Shown here piece by piece: positions 30,915 to 40,793 of a stretch of DNA of 64,000 bases. The DNA comes from Oligoflexales bacterium. Lineage in GTDB: Bacteria > Bdellovibrionota_B > Oligoflexia > Oligoflexales > Bog-1112. The notes beneath the pieces were generated by a model. It was not told where the DNA came from. It saw only the letters and a program-made list of their open reading frames with translations, and did no database searches. Each line of letters opens with the position of its first letter. Position 1 is the stretch's first letter. The stretch lies in the NCBI GenBank assembly GCA_045106415.1, contig JBGCEP010000018.1:55848-119847 (forward strand). The letters are read 5' to 3'. The translations under genes and the position numbers were made by a program.

Positions 30915-31898
30915 ATGATTCTAGCTACAATACGAAACGGTGAGCGAGACGGACAGCTCATCGTTGTCTCCTCAGACTACAAAACACACACAACATCCAA
31001 ACAGTACCCGACACTACAAAGCGCATTAGACTCTTGGGATAAAGCCGTCCTTGAACTTCAGAGCCTTGCAGAAACCCTCAAATCTCACCCTAAAGACTCA
31101 TTAACAGGCATCACCTTCGAAGCGCCATTACCACGTGCTTACGAATGGATTGACGGCTCCGCATTTATCAACCACGTTCGACTCGTTCGCAAAGCTCGAG
31201 GAGCAGAACCACCCAAAACCCTTGAAACAGACCCTCTTGTATATCAAGGTGGATCAGGGCGATTTTCAGGACCCTGCGACTCGATTCCTCTTGATCATCC
31301 TCAGTGGGGCCTTGATTTTGAATCAGAAGTCTGTGTCATCGTCGACGATGTCCCTATGGGAACTCCTGCAGCGGATATGGAACAACACATCCAACTTATC
31401 ATGATTGCAAACGATGTCTCTTTACGTGGGTTAATCCCAGAAGAACTCGCTAAAGGTTTCGGCTTTGTCACATCAAAACCTTCAACAAGCTTTGCGCCAT
31501 TTACCCTTACAAAAGAAGAACTCGGCGACGCTTGGAAAGATGGAAGACTGCACCTTCCTCTTAAAACTTATTACAACGACACTTTGTTTGGCACACCAAA
31601 CGCTGGGCCCGAAATGCATTTTTCTTTTCATGAAATTATCGCTCATGTCGCAAAAACTAGAAATTTAACAGCAGGAACTATTATCGGTAGCGGCACCATC
31701 TCCAACTTTGATATTTCAACAGGGTCATCATGTTTAGCAGAAAAACGTATGATTGAAAAAATTGAAACAGGAGAAGCAAAAACACCATTCATGAGTTGTG
31801 GCGACACAGTAAAAATTGAAATGATCGACACAACAGGCCGTAATTTATTTGGCAGCATCCAACAACAAGTGACTTCCTACCAACCTCGAAGGAATTGA
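30915..31898 (+). CDS. fumarylacetoacetate hydrolase family protein
   Basis: APLPRAYEWIDGSAF, DFESE, ANDVSLR, IIGSGTISN. Confidence 0.92.
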   Translation: MILATIRNGERDGQLIVVSSDYKTHTTSKQYPTLQSALDSWDKAVLELQSLAETLKSHPKDSLTGITFEAPLPRAYEWIDGSAFINHVRLVRKARGAEPPKTLETDPLVYQGGSGRFSGPCDSIPLDHPQWGLDFESEVCVIVDDVPMGTPAADMEQHIQLIMIANDVSLRGLIPEELAKGFGFVTSKPSTSFAPFTLTKEELGDAWKDGRLHLPLKTYYNDTLFGTPNAGPEMHFSFHEIIAHVAKTRNLTAGTIIGSGTISNFDISTGSSCLAEKRMIEKIETGEAKTPFMSCGDTVKIEMIDTTGRNLFGSIQQQVTSYQPRRN

Positions 31899-31905
31899 GT
31901 CTACC

Positions 31906-32445
31906 ATGGTCAAAAAATCAACAAAAAAAGATGCTTTCACGGAAGACTCTCTCGTCGAGTCCATGAGAAACGACGATGCCATCAGACTTCTTGACTCCCT
32001 AGGTCTTGGTAAGGAGCCAAGTGAAGCTCCAAAAAAAGACGCATTTATCTTGAAAGTTATGGTCATTGAAGATGACGAGTCAGCTCGGGATTTATATCAA
32101 ACATATCTCACAAGCAAGCGCTGTATGACAGTTCCTTGCGAAAACGGGCATGAAGCCATCACAGCTGTCACAGAACACCCTGATACTGATGTTGTTTTGT
32201 TAGATATTAAAATTCCACCACCTGACGGGGTTGCATTACTCACTACTTTTAGAAAACAAAATTTTTTAAAAGATGCAACAATCATTGTGATTTCAGGACA
32301 TCTCACTCCAGACACCGTAAAAGCGTGCGTTGAAATGAAAGTCCATAAAATTTTAACAAAACCTGTGGATCTTGATGGAGTTTTTGAACTCATCAAGGCA
32401 ACCACAGATTATGAAAAAATAGGAAAAGATAAAAAGCTACTCTGA
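31906..32445 (+). CDS. response regulator receiver protein
   Basis: VIEDD, VLLDIKIP.PDG, IIVISG, LTKP. Confidence 0.88.
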   Translation: MVKKSTKKDAFTEDSLVESMRNDDAIRLLDSLGLGKEPSEAPKKDAFILKVMVIEDDESARDLYQTYLTSKRCMTVPCENGHEAITAVTEHPDTDVVLLDIKIPPPDGVALLTTFRKQNFLKDATIIVISGHLTPDTVKACVEMKVHKILTKPVDLDGVFELIKATTDYEKIGKDKKLL

Positions 32446-33468
32446 AGTCTCTTTTGGCTTCGTGTCAGTATTTTTATTCTGACCACGAAGCTTTTTCCTA
32501 ACGATCCGAACAGAACGAGTCTGCCCAGTACCAACAGAAGCCGAACCAAAACCAGCGCTCACAATCTTTTTATGCTGCAAACGGCGCACGAAAGAGTTTT
32601 GAGGCTTTAACGTGTAATGCTCAAGGCCCGTATCCTGCTTCAACACATCCATACCACGTTCAAGCTCCTTCATAGTCGGAGCATCAAGGTTCTCGCTCTG
32701 CTGTTGAGGGCGAGGAGCACGATTTTCGTGACTCTGATTTGAACGCTTAGGATTGCTGTTGCGATTTGGGCTTTGCTCATCACGTCGCCTTGGAACTCCA
32801 CTTGCGCTGCCCTGATGGCGTCTGCCACCCGATTGCTGTGGAGATGGCTTCTTATGATTGCGCGGCACTCGTTTTTTATTACGAGCTCGTAACATCGCAG
32901 CGTAACGGCCAACTGGAGGCAGAGATCCTGGGTCATACTCAACTCGAGACTCTTCACCAAATGCCCACTGGAGAAACTCCAGCATCAAATGACTGTAACC
33001 TGGAAAGGTTGTATCAATCACTTCATCAACCATCAACCACATCTGATCGGGCTTATTGCCCAACAGCGGCCGACATGGGACATGGCCATTGCCACGTGCG
33101 CGTATCAGAAGATCAAGATCTTCAATCATCGCTACAAACCTAGGGACCACAGCAGCATGACGCTCATAATCTAATGGCTCATGATCTGTGAGTTGAGGGG
33201 CGTTTGTCGCATACCACTTAGCACATTCGCGCACTTGGTCTGCAAGGCTGCCCTTCAAGACTTCTTTTGGCGTATGATCCTTCGACAGCCCTTGGAGACG
33301 CTCCCAACCATCACCTGAAGATTCCAGGTCTTTACGGGTGCGTTCTTCCTCTAAACAACAGTATAAAAAGTAATCTAGAGGAACTTCTCTACCAGCTGCG
33401 AGAACATAGCGCTCTTTTATGGAAGGAGTTTCATACTCCTTCGCTTCTTCTTCTGTAATTTCCTGCAT
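32437..33468 (-). CDS. protein with C-terminal R3H nucleic-acid-binding domain
   Basis: LKPQNSFVRRLQH...S.SVG.G..RSVRI after a disordered R/Q/S-rich linker. Confidence 0.75.
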   Translation of the reverse strand: MQEITEEEAKEYETPSIKERYVLAAGREVPLDYFLYCCLEEERTRKDLESSGDGWERLQGLSKDHTPKEVLKGSLADQVRECAKWYATNAPQLTDHEPLDYERHAAVVPRFVAMIEDLDLLIRARGNGHVPCRPLLGNKPDQMWLMVDEVIDTTFPGYSHLMLEFLQWAFGEESRVEYDPGSLPPVGRYAAMLRARNKKRVPRNHKKPSPQQSGGRRHQGSASGVPRRRDEQSPNRNSNPKRSNQSHENRAPRPQQQSENLDAPTMKELERGMDVLKQDTGLEHYTLKPQNSFVRRLQHKKIVSAGFGSASVGTGQTRSVRIVRKKLRGQNKNTDTKPKETSE

Positions 33469-33659
33469 CGATGTACTGCACTTGAATTCTTTGATTATCT
33501 GAGCTGGACATCAGCTCAGTTGATTAGTTAGACCAACCTGGATCTAACCACCCCATGAGGCTATCCAAAAGCCATAAGCCTTTGACAACCATGCGAAACT
33601 ATTAGAAAACAGTGTCGCTCCATATGGAGCATAACAGACTGATATAAATTTCGCCAATA

Positions 33660-33989
33660 CTAGACAAGATTTTCTTCAGCCTTCGCATCATCTTGCCCTT
33701 GAAAGTTCTTATATCCCATAAAGCCACCGTTTAAAGAATAGATGGTTTCCCCCGTCCATTCTTCTGCTATTTCAGCAGCTTTCATACTTCTTAAGCCCGA
33801 TCGGCAGTAAAATAGCACAGCTCGACGTGAAGCAATTTCTTTTTTGTGAAGACCTAGGCTCGACAACGGCCAATGAACACCGCCTTCAATCACGCCGTCT
33901 TTTAACTCTTCAGTTTCACGAACATCTACGACCTGAACACCTTCTGAGACTAGCTTAGCAAGCTCTTCTACGGATACCTCTTTGACCAT
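33660..33989 (-). CDS. rhodanese-like sulfurtransferase
   Basis: VVDVRE, YCRSGLRS, SLNGG. Confidence 0.92.
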   Translation of the reverse strand: MVKEVSVEELAKLVSEGVQVVDVRETEELKDGVIEGGVHWPLSSLGLHKKEIASRRAVLFYCRSGLRSMKAAEIAEEWTGETIYSLNGGFMGYKNFQGQDDAKAEENLV

Positions 33990-34088
33990 AGGATTCCTCC
34001 GTGCTGGGACAACTGCCCACTCTCTGATTTTTTGGCTAACCTTTTGATTATAGTATGAGATGGTGGAATTATGAAATAAAAATCAATA

Positions 34089-34133
34089 TGGACACAAAAA
34101 AGCCACCTTAGAAAGGTGGCTTTTTTGTGTCCA
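34089..34133. terminator. bidirectional terminator downstream of tRNA-Lys/Glu
   Basis: Perfect ~21-bp inverted repeat TGGACACAAAAAAGCCACCTT-AGA-AAGGTGGCTTTTTTGTGTCCA. Confidence 0.85.
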
Positions 34134-34145
34134 CTCTTTGAAGAG

Positions 34146-34223
34146 TGGCGTCCCCAGGGGGATTTGAACCCCCGTTGCCGCCGTGAAAAGGCGGAGTCCT
34201 GGGCCAGGCTAGACGATAGGGAC
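34146..34223 (-). tRNA. tRNA-Glu(TTC)
   Basis: GTCCCTATCGTCTAGCCTGGCCCAGGACTCCGCCTTTTCACGGCGG...TGGGGACGCCA. Confidence 0.96.
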
Positions 34224-34230
34224 ATGCGTT

Positions 34231-34306
34231 TGGTGAGCCCACCTGGATTCGAACCAGGGACCCGCACATTAAAAGTGTGCTGCTCTACCAGCTGAGCTAT
34301 GAGCCC
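34231..34306 (-). tRNA. tRNA-Lys(TTT)
   Basis: GGGCTCATAGCTCAGCTGGTAGAGCAGCACACTTTTAATGTG...GGTGGGCTCACCA. Confidence 0.96.
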
Positions 34307-34324
34307 TCAACCAAAGCGAGGACA

Positions 34325-34353
34325 GTTGTAAAGCTAGGAGCTAAAAGTGTCAA
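34325..34353 (-). promoter_or_regulatory. sigma70 promoter of tRNA-Lys/Glu
   Basis: Minus strand TTGACA-N17-TACAAC. Confidence 0.65.
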
Positions 34354-34488
34354 GAGTTATCTTTGAAAAAATTTCATTTTTTTTCAAACCCCCTTTACAA
34401 AGGGGGTGATAAAAGACACTTGCCTGTAGACGACTCGTCGAGTTTCAAGTAGAATCCGGCTCTGTTTGCTTATTAAAGGCCCATCGCT

Positions 34489-34824
34489 ATGGTCGTGACT
34501 CGAAAGAAAACAAAACAATCCACCCTCGCCGACCTAGTAAATGCTTTAGAGCAATTTGCTTATCACTTGGATGGCCAGAAAGAAGACGATGCATCTGCGG
34601 ACATCAGAATCGCTAAACGCACTCTTCAAGAGCACCCATTAGGCTCAACAGAATCTAAGGCTGCTCTGCGCTTAATTGAAGAAAGCTTTGGCGATCTCCA
34701 TGAGCTTGATGCTTACACTCACCATAAACCAAAGCCAGGATCTTGGTCTGCAGCTGAAGAACTTTACCTTTGGAGTACAACAACCCTCAACTTAATGAGA
34801 AGAATTGACTCTGAAAGATCTTAA
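34489..34824 (+). CDS. hypothetical protein
   Basis: 111-aa helical ORF directly upstream of recN. Confidence 0.65.
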   Translation: MVVTRKKTKQSTLADLVNALEQFAYHLDGQKEDDASADIRIAKRTLQEHPLGSTESKAALRLIEESFGDLHELDAYTHHKPKPGSWSAAEELYLWSTTTLNLMRRIDSERS

Positions 34825-34845
34825 AAATAAATAGAGGAGCTGTGT

Positions 34846-36582
34846 ATGCTTGCAGAACTTTTAGTCCAAAACTTGGCAATTGTTCAACAAAGCCATATTG
34901 AATTCACATCCTCATTTAATTTAATCACAGGTGAAACAGGTGCTGGTAAATCAATTATCATCAAAGCACTGCGTATTTTATGCGGATTAAACCGGGCCTC
35001 TAAAGAAATGATACGCGACGGCGCCAGTCACGCACTTCTGAGCGGGACTTGGGTACTTCCTGCGCACCACAAAACACTGCAGATCCTCGAAGATTACGGC
35101 CTCTGCTACGAAGACAACACAGTCCATATTCGCCGAAAAATTTCCACCCAAGGAAAGCATACCTCGTACATCAACGACACACCTGTACGTACAGAAACCC
35201 TGGTTAAAACGGCACAAAGCCTCATAGATTTTACCGGACAACACTCATCATTTGAGCTGAAACAGCAACATCACACAGATGTTTTAGATCAACAGATCAA
35301 CCCTGAACTTTTAGTAGCATATAAATCTTTATACAAAAACGTCACAGAGCAACTTCAACACATCCGAGAAGTCATGAATCAGGCTTTTGTCTGGCAACAA
35401 GAATGCGAACAATACAGACAAAAAATTGAAGAATTAAAACAGCTTTCTCCTTCTACTGAGGACTACAAAACCCTTAAAGACAACCTCAAAGAAACCATGG
35501 ATCGAGATCGCCAGAAGGATACACTATACAAAGCTCAAACTCAGCTTCAGGCAAGCGCAGAGATTCATCAAATAACTTATACATTAAGCGAAATCGATTC
35601 ATTTCAAGACCTATCGGCAGACGCTAAACAATTAGCGTCATTATATGATGATTTGTCATATTCTATTTCGACAAAACTCGCGAACATGAACTCGTTAAGT
35701 GACAATAGCGAGCAGCTTCAATCAAGAATTGCTTTCTACCAGAAAATGATTCGAAAACATCAATGCGCAGACGTCGAGGAACTTCTCACAAAGCAAAGCA
35801 CACTTTCTAAAACATTCGAAAAAATGTCGAGCGCGCATCATAGACTAGAAGAGATGATCGACAATTTGCATCATAACTATACAAAGCTCAATACTCTCGA
35901 TCACGACATGTTCACCGCACGGCAGCACACTGCACAAAAAATAGACAAAAAAGTAATCACCACGATCAAAACTCTAGGCATGCCAAAAGCTGAATTTAAA
36001 ACAATCGCAGAACAGCTTTCTCCAAGAGCTCACAAGTTCATCACACCAAAACTCGACCCCTCACCAAATAACTTACATGAGTTCGATGATCTTCAAGCGA
36101 AAATTTTAGAAAAGCACCCGCTAGGATCGCATCATTTTCATTTCCACATCTCGAGTAATCCAGGGCAACCTTTACAAAAAATGAGCCAAGTTGCATCTGG
36201 CGGTGAGAGCTCTCGCGTACTTTTGGCCATTAAATCCATTTTAGCAAGTCACGGCCCACAAAATACTTTTGTTTTTGATGAAATTGACACTGGTGTGTCC
36301 GGCGCTGTAGCTCACCAAATGGGTCAATTAATTGCGAAAATGTCTAAAAAAGTACAGATTGTATGCATATCACACTCACCACAGATTGCATCATGGGCCA
36401 ATACTCATTTTCGGGTTGAAAAAACATTTCAACAACACACAACACAATCGCAAATACGAGCTCTCTCTCACCAGGAGAGAACCGAGGAAATAGCTCGTTT
36501 TCTTTCAGGCTCAAAAACCACACCAGAAAGTTTAAAAAACGCAGAAAAACTCATCGAAGCAAATTTTGGTCAAAACACATAA
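34846..36582 (+). CDS. recN: DNA repair protein RecN
   Basis: ITGETGAGKSII, SSNPGQPL, ASGGESSR, FDEIDTGVSG, ISHSPQIA. Confidence 0.95.
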   Translation: MLAELLVQNLAIVQQSHIEFTSSFNLITGETGAGKSIIIKALRILCGLNRASKEMIRDGASHALLSGTWVLPAHHKTLQILEDYGLCYEDNTVHIRRKISTQGKHTSYINDTPVRTETLVKTAQSLIDFTGQHSSFELKQQHHTDVLDQQINPELLVAYKSLYKNVTEQLQHIREVMNQAFVWQQECEQYRQKIEELKQLSPSTEDYKTLKDNLKETMDRDRQKDTLYKAQTQLQASAEIHQITYTLSEIDSFQDLSADAKQLASLYDDLSYSISTKLANMNSLSDNSEQLQSRIAFYQKMIRKHQCADVEELLTKQSTLSKTFEKMSSAHHRLEEMIDNLHHNYTKLNTLDHDMFTARQHTAQKIDKKVITTIKTLGMPKAEFKTIAEQLSPRAHKFITPKLDPSPNNLHEFDDLQAKILEKHPLGSHHFHFHISSNPGQPLQKMSQVASGGESSRVLLAIKSILASHGPQNTFVFDEIDTGVSGAVAHQMGQLIAKMSKKVQIVCISHSPQIASWANTHFRVEKTFQQHTTQSQIRALSHQERTEEIARFLSGSKTTPESLKNAEKLIEANFGQNT

Positions 36583-38066
36583 GGGACGTTTTGGTGCGAC
36601 TTTTTGGCTTGTTTTTCTTGAAAGTGTTTGTATTTATCTCGAGCTTGTGTGTATTTGTGTTCACGCACATAATACTGAAATTCATACGTCACGCTCGACC
36701 TTGGCGGAACAAGAACAGAGCGTTTTTGCTCCCAACGCTCGCCATCTCCACTTCCATAGCAGCTACCCGAGCAAATAAAACGGGATAAATCATAACGACC
36801 TGCAATCAAAGTCATCGTTACAGCTCGATTCGGTTGAACATCATGGCTATAACCATCATATAAATCAGAAGACCCAGCAAGACGCGCCAACTCTGTTAAC
36901 TGACCAGCTCTATATGTGGGTATTGGTATCAACTGCAATTTTCCAGCATCAAGATCAATCACGTCTGAGCTTTTTAAACGATAACGAATATTACGAGATC
37001 CACCTAACCCCACAAAAACATCATGCCCGGCAAACAAAATAGGCATATCCGACTGCCCTGTACAGAACGGGTAATCTTCACCGCGCCTATAAAGTAAGAC
37101 TTCTTGTTGCCCCAGACAACTCCAGTCCCAAGGAGAGCACTCCAGGTTCACTTTTACACTTCGGAGCTTTAAAACAGTCTCCTCACCTGCCTTCAAGTTA
37201 AGCAACGTGTGTTCACGATGCCCACCAATCTTCGCTTTTAAAGGTCCTGGCAACACTGAATAAGCTTCCCCAAATTCAAAGTCATGCTGACCATTGACTT
37301 CAATGTGAGCCAAGCTCCCTTTTACTTTGACATAGTCACTTAGTTCAATACCAGAAGGCGGTTGAAAACGAACACTTGCGAGCTCACGCGTCAGCAGTTG
37401 GCTCGCATCCACTGACACAACATCACGCGTCCCGTTAATCATCAGTTGATACTCACCGGGAATAAGGTACAACCACGAACCCACACCTTGATGCATCGTT
37501 GTTGAGAATAGAGGGTCAACTGGAGAAACAAAATAAGGCAGAGATTTTTCTCGACCCATCACCCGCAACCCTCCGAGATGAACCTGCACTCGGTGGTCAT
37601 GTGTATTGTCACGCACCTTCACTGATCGCATGCCAACAAGAAGCTCTCTGTCTCCCAGAACATGCAAAATCGTTTGATTTTTAAGTGTCTGGTGAGCCCC
37701 TGTTTGATCATGACGAACACACTGTACTAGCAGTTGATCATTTTTGTCTAAAGGCTGAGGAAGCTTAAATTCAAGCTGATAGCTCTCAACTTCTGAGGTC
37801 ACATTTTGGTAGATAATCACATCTTGGCTCGAGCAGTCCGCAAGAACAAGATAGCGACCCGCAGCTAAAGATAAGGGTACATTAAAAAACCCGACCTTTT
37901 CCGTGGAGTAATGCTGCCAACCATCCCCGTCCACTCGATAAACCTCATACGAGTTCCCCGAGTCTGGCGCTTTCACCAGAAGAAACCCCTGAGGCTCCTG
38001 GTGAAAACACGCACCACACGACATCATTACATAAATATATAAACACAGTGTTTTCAGATACTTCAT
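36570..38066 (-). CDS. hypothetical exported or lipoprotein, beta-rich
   Basis: Signal-like N-terminus with Cys; last of three co-oriented envelope genes. Confidence 0.65.
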   Translation of the reverse strand: MKYLKTLCLYIYVMMSCGACFHQEPQGFLLVKAPDSGNSYEVYRVDGDGWQHYSTEKVGFFNVPLSLAAGRYLVLADCSSQDVIIYQNVTSEVESYQLEFKLPQPLDKNDQLLVQCVRHDQTGAHQTLKNQTILHVLGDRELLVGMRSVKVRDNTHDHRVQVHLGGLRVMGREKSLPYFVSPVDPLFSTTMHQGVGSWLYLIPGEYQLMINGTRDVVSVDASQLLTRELASVRFQPPSGIELSDYVKVKGSLAHIEVNGQHDFEFGEAYSVLPGPLKAKIGGHREHTLLNLKAGEETVLKLRSVKVNLECSPWDWSCLGQQEVLLYRRGEDYPFCTGQSDMPILFAGHDVFVGLGGSRNIRYRLKSSDVIDLDAGKLQLIPIPTYRAGQLTELARLAGSSDLYDGYSHDVQPNRAVTMTLIAGRYDLSRFICSGSCYGSGDGERWEQKRSVLVPPRSSVTYEFQYYVREHKYTQARDKYKHFQEKQAKKSHQNVPYVF

Positions 38067-38115
38067 ATTGTCAGCTTCAAAACATCAAATAGCCACAATC
38101 GTATCTAAAGTCGAC

Positions 38116-38790
38116 TTAGAAGGCAAGACTAACACCACCAGATAATTGCCACATGGTATACGTTCCAACCCCAATATGAAACTGACTTGCAACCTTAAAT
38201 CCTCTTTCAATGGGCCACTCTGCACCACCACCAGCAAAAAGCATTGTTGCTAGATCAAGCTTACTTACTCCTGTAATGGAGTCATACAGACCTTGCTTCA
38301 TAAGACCAAGCTCGCCACTCACAAATATTTGCATCCCTTTTCCACCTAAAAGGTAAAGTTGAGACCCAAAAAGGTGACCTTCAATCACGCCGCTGTATTC
38401 AAGCATTCTATCGTTCAAGGTTTCCTGTAGTGTCACAGCCATAGGCAGGTAGCGATAGCTCCCAAAAAGAGCACCCATCACCTTCATATCTAAATCATAC
38501 AAAACCTGAATGTCAGCAACACCACCCACAGTTGCCTCTGTTCCGGAAAACCCTGCAAGCCCCACACTTGTTCCTAAGGAAAACTTATCCAGAAACGTTG
38601 GAGATTTTGCTTTTTGCTCTGCTTCGACTTTTTTCGCAGCTTGAGTAGCCTTAGGTGTCTTGACTGGCTGCTTCATCAGAGGTTGTTTTGCAACAGGTAG
38701 CGCTGGCGCCTCTGGCACTTTCTTTTTTTGACTTGGTGTTCCGTAAACCACATTGGATAAACACACCATCATTAGAATTGATATTCGCAT
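38116..38790 (-). CDS. small outer-membrane beta-barrel protein
   Basis: Signal peptide, P/K/A-rich linker, amphipathic strands, C-terminal GVSLAF. Confidence 0.65.
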   Translation of the reverse strand: MRISILMMVCLSNVVYGTPSQKKKVPEAPALPVAKQPLMKQPVKTPKATQAAKKVEAEQKAKSPTFLDKFSLGTSVGLAGFSGTEATVGGVADIQVLYDLDMKVMGALFGSYRYLPMAVTLQETLNDRMLEYSGVIEGHLFGSQLYLLGGKGMQIFVSGELGLMKQGLYDSITGVSKLDLATMLFAGGGAEWPIERGFKVASQFHIGVGTYTMWQLSGGVSLAF

Positions 38791-38799
38791 GTTTTCTCC

Positions 38800-39903
38800 C
38801 TATATCAACATTTTCATTTGCACTGAGTATCTGCGTTCTGCCAACGAATCTGTCTGCCCAACGACGACACCGTGATCAACAACCCAACTCGCTACTCGCA
38901 AGTTCAAAAATCCAACATCAAACTGCACACCGCCAGTTAAATAACCTTGAGAGAGCCCGGTCTGTAGCTTCAAGATTCGGCTCACACCAAATTCCATCCC
39001 CATATTAAACTTCTTTGAAAAGTGGATAGGTTGATTCAAGGCATGACCATCAACAGCCACAAGAAGATAACTCTTAGAGCTTTGGTATGGCTTAAAACTA
39101 AATCCTGTATTCACAGTTGGTTTCCTTGCCTCAGGAGCTTCTTCTGTCGAAGCCTGGAGCACTGTTCCACCAAAGTCCATAATACTCACACCAATTGTCG
39201 GCGACAAAGGCTTCACAGGGGTCAATAACAACCCCAGATCCATACCTGCGCCAAAGCCTGAACGAAACAAGTCTTGCAGTTTGCCTTCTGAAATCTTTCC
39301 TAATGTTTGTAAGCCTAAATTATCATCAACCCCTGCTCGAGCCGCTACTTTCACTGAAGCGCCCAAACTCAATCGGTCTTCAAAAAAATTCCAAGCAAAA
39401 CCCATTGGAGCAACCACTGTGGTCCCGGTTCTTAGGTCAATACTTGTATCTTTAATCGCCGTCAGCCCAACCTCTGTCGTGATCCCTGCTCCAACACCCC
39501 ACCCTTTCCCAACTAAGTGAGGTACAACTGTAAAACCCGCACTATGAATCTTCCCGCTTTGCGCTCGAAACGTCTCGAGCAAATCAGCTAATTCAGAGTT
39601 CTTCCCTACTGTATTGATCAACTGCCCTAAGAAACTTTGTGTATTCAAAGCTGCATAACCTGCTGCATTGAAAAACTCTCCGTCCCATGTTTTTAACCTC
39701 GCCAAACCGGCTGGGTTATAAAACAAAGCATTATAGTCATCCACAACAGCAACAAACGCATTCCCCATTCCGAGCGGCCTTAAACCATAATGCGTCCAAG
39801 ATAACGGCGTCGTTAACGACTTACCAAACCCATTGAAACTTGCTAAAAGAGCCAAACAGACCCCTACACAAGTTCGCCTCATAGAGGCTTTTCCTTGCAA
39901 CAT
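38800..39903 (-). CDS. TraF/PorV/FadL-like outer-membrane beta-barrel
   Basis: GLRPLGMGNAFVAVVDDYNALFYNPAGLA plug motif; amphipathic strands. Confidence 0.75.
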   Translation of the reverse strand: MLQGKASMRRTCVGVCLALLASFNGFGKSLTTPLSWTHYGLRPLGMGNAFVAVVDDYNALFYNPAGLARLKTWDGEFFNAAGYAALNTQSFLGQLINTVGKNSELADLLETFRAQSGKIHSAGFTVVPHLVGKGWGVGAGITTEVGLTAIKDTSIDLRTGTTVVAPMGFAWNFFEDRLSLGASVKVAARAGVDDNLGLQTLGKISEGKLQDLFRSGFGAGMDLGLLLTPVKPLSPTIGVSIMDFGGTVLQASTEEAPEARKPTVNTGFSFKPYQSSKSYLLVAVDGHALNQPIHFSKKFNMGMEFGVSRILKLQTGLSQGYLTGGVQFDVGFLNLRVASWVVDHGVVVGQTDSLAERRYSVQMKMLI

Positions 39904-40198
39904 AAATCACTCCAACCGAGTCCACAATTTCACGACTTCATATCTATTTTGACGTCATGTCGGTTTTTTTGACAACCTTTCAACGTTTTTGCTAAACCTT
40001 CAAACGAAGGGGCCTGACACAAGAGGATATTATTGTTCGCTTTTGTGATTTTTTTTTGAAAACCTGAATTTTATTCACAGAAGATCACAATACACCTGCG
40101 CAAGTCTCTATACCTCTTTCAAAGTTTGTGAAAGCTGGTTATCATGTTCAAGCATTTGCTGTCACAAGTGATGAGCACCACCCTATGAGGAAACTCTT

Positions 40199-40792
40199 AT
40201 GAGTAAATCAGAAGTTGCCTCTGAGAGGAAACAACAAATTGTTACAGCTACGGTCGAGTGTATTACTCGTCATGGTTATCACAATTTCTCTATGCAGGAT
40301 GTCGCAAATACAGCTGGCGTAAGTAAAGGCATCATTCACTATTACTTTCTCAACAAAGACGATCTTATGATGGCCGTCTTAGAGCAAGTGGCCACAAACA
40401 TTGAGCTGGTCCTACAGTCTTGCATGACAAACCACAGCGACCCTGAAGAACAGCTGCGAGCATTAGTGCACATCCTTCTAGACATTGCACGCAGCTCAAA
40501 AGAGTATTATCAGGTCAGCATGGACTTTTGGACACAAATCAATCAGAAACCGGAAATCCATGCCGTCATAGCAAAGCATTATCAAAAATTTAGAGAGACA
40601 TGTATCCGCGTCATTCAATCAGGCATCGACAAGCAAATTTTTGCTCCCATCGATCCTTTTGAGTACAGCTCCTATCTTATCGCTATAGCAGATGGCTTAA
40701 GCCTGCAGTGGTTATTTGATCCGGAGAGTTTTAATAATGGCATACAAAAACACGTGCTAGAATGGGCGATTGAACCTCTCAAAAAAACTTGA
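40199..40792 (+). CDS. TetR family regulator (BetI-like C-terminus)
   Basis: RKQQIV.AT..CI...G....SMQDVA..AGVSKGIIHYYF.NKDDL. Confidence 0.93.
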   Translation: MSKSEVASERKQQIVTATVECITRHGYHNFSMQDVANTAGVSKGIIHYYFLNKDDLMMAVLEQVATNIELVLQSCMTNHSDPEEQLRALVHILLDIARSSKEYYQVSMDFWTQINQKPEIHAVIAKHYQKFRETCIRVIQSGIDKQIFAPIDPFEYSSYLIAIADGLSLQWLFDPESFNNGIQKHVLEWAIEPLKKT

Positions 40793-40793
40793 A

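Noticed and set aside
33968..34267. 99-aa ORF on minus strand
   Set aside because: Overlaps tRNA-Glu, tRNA-Lys and a terminator; spurious
38800..39903. Conjugative element suggested by the TraF-like motif
   Set aside because: No other tra, relaxase or integrase genes; the motif is shared by chromosomal barrels
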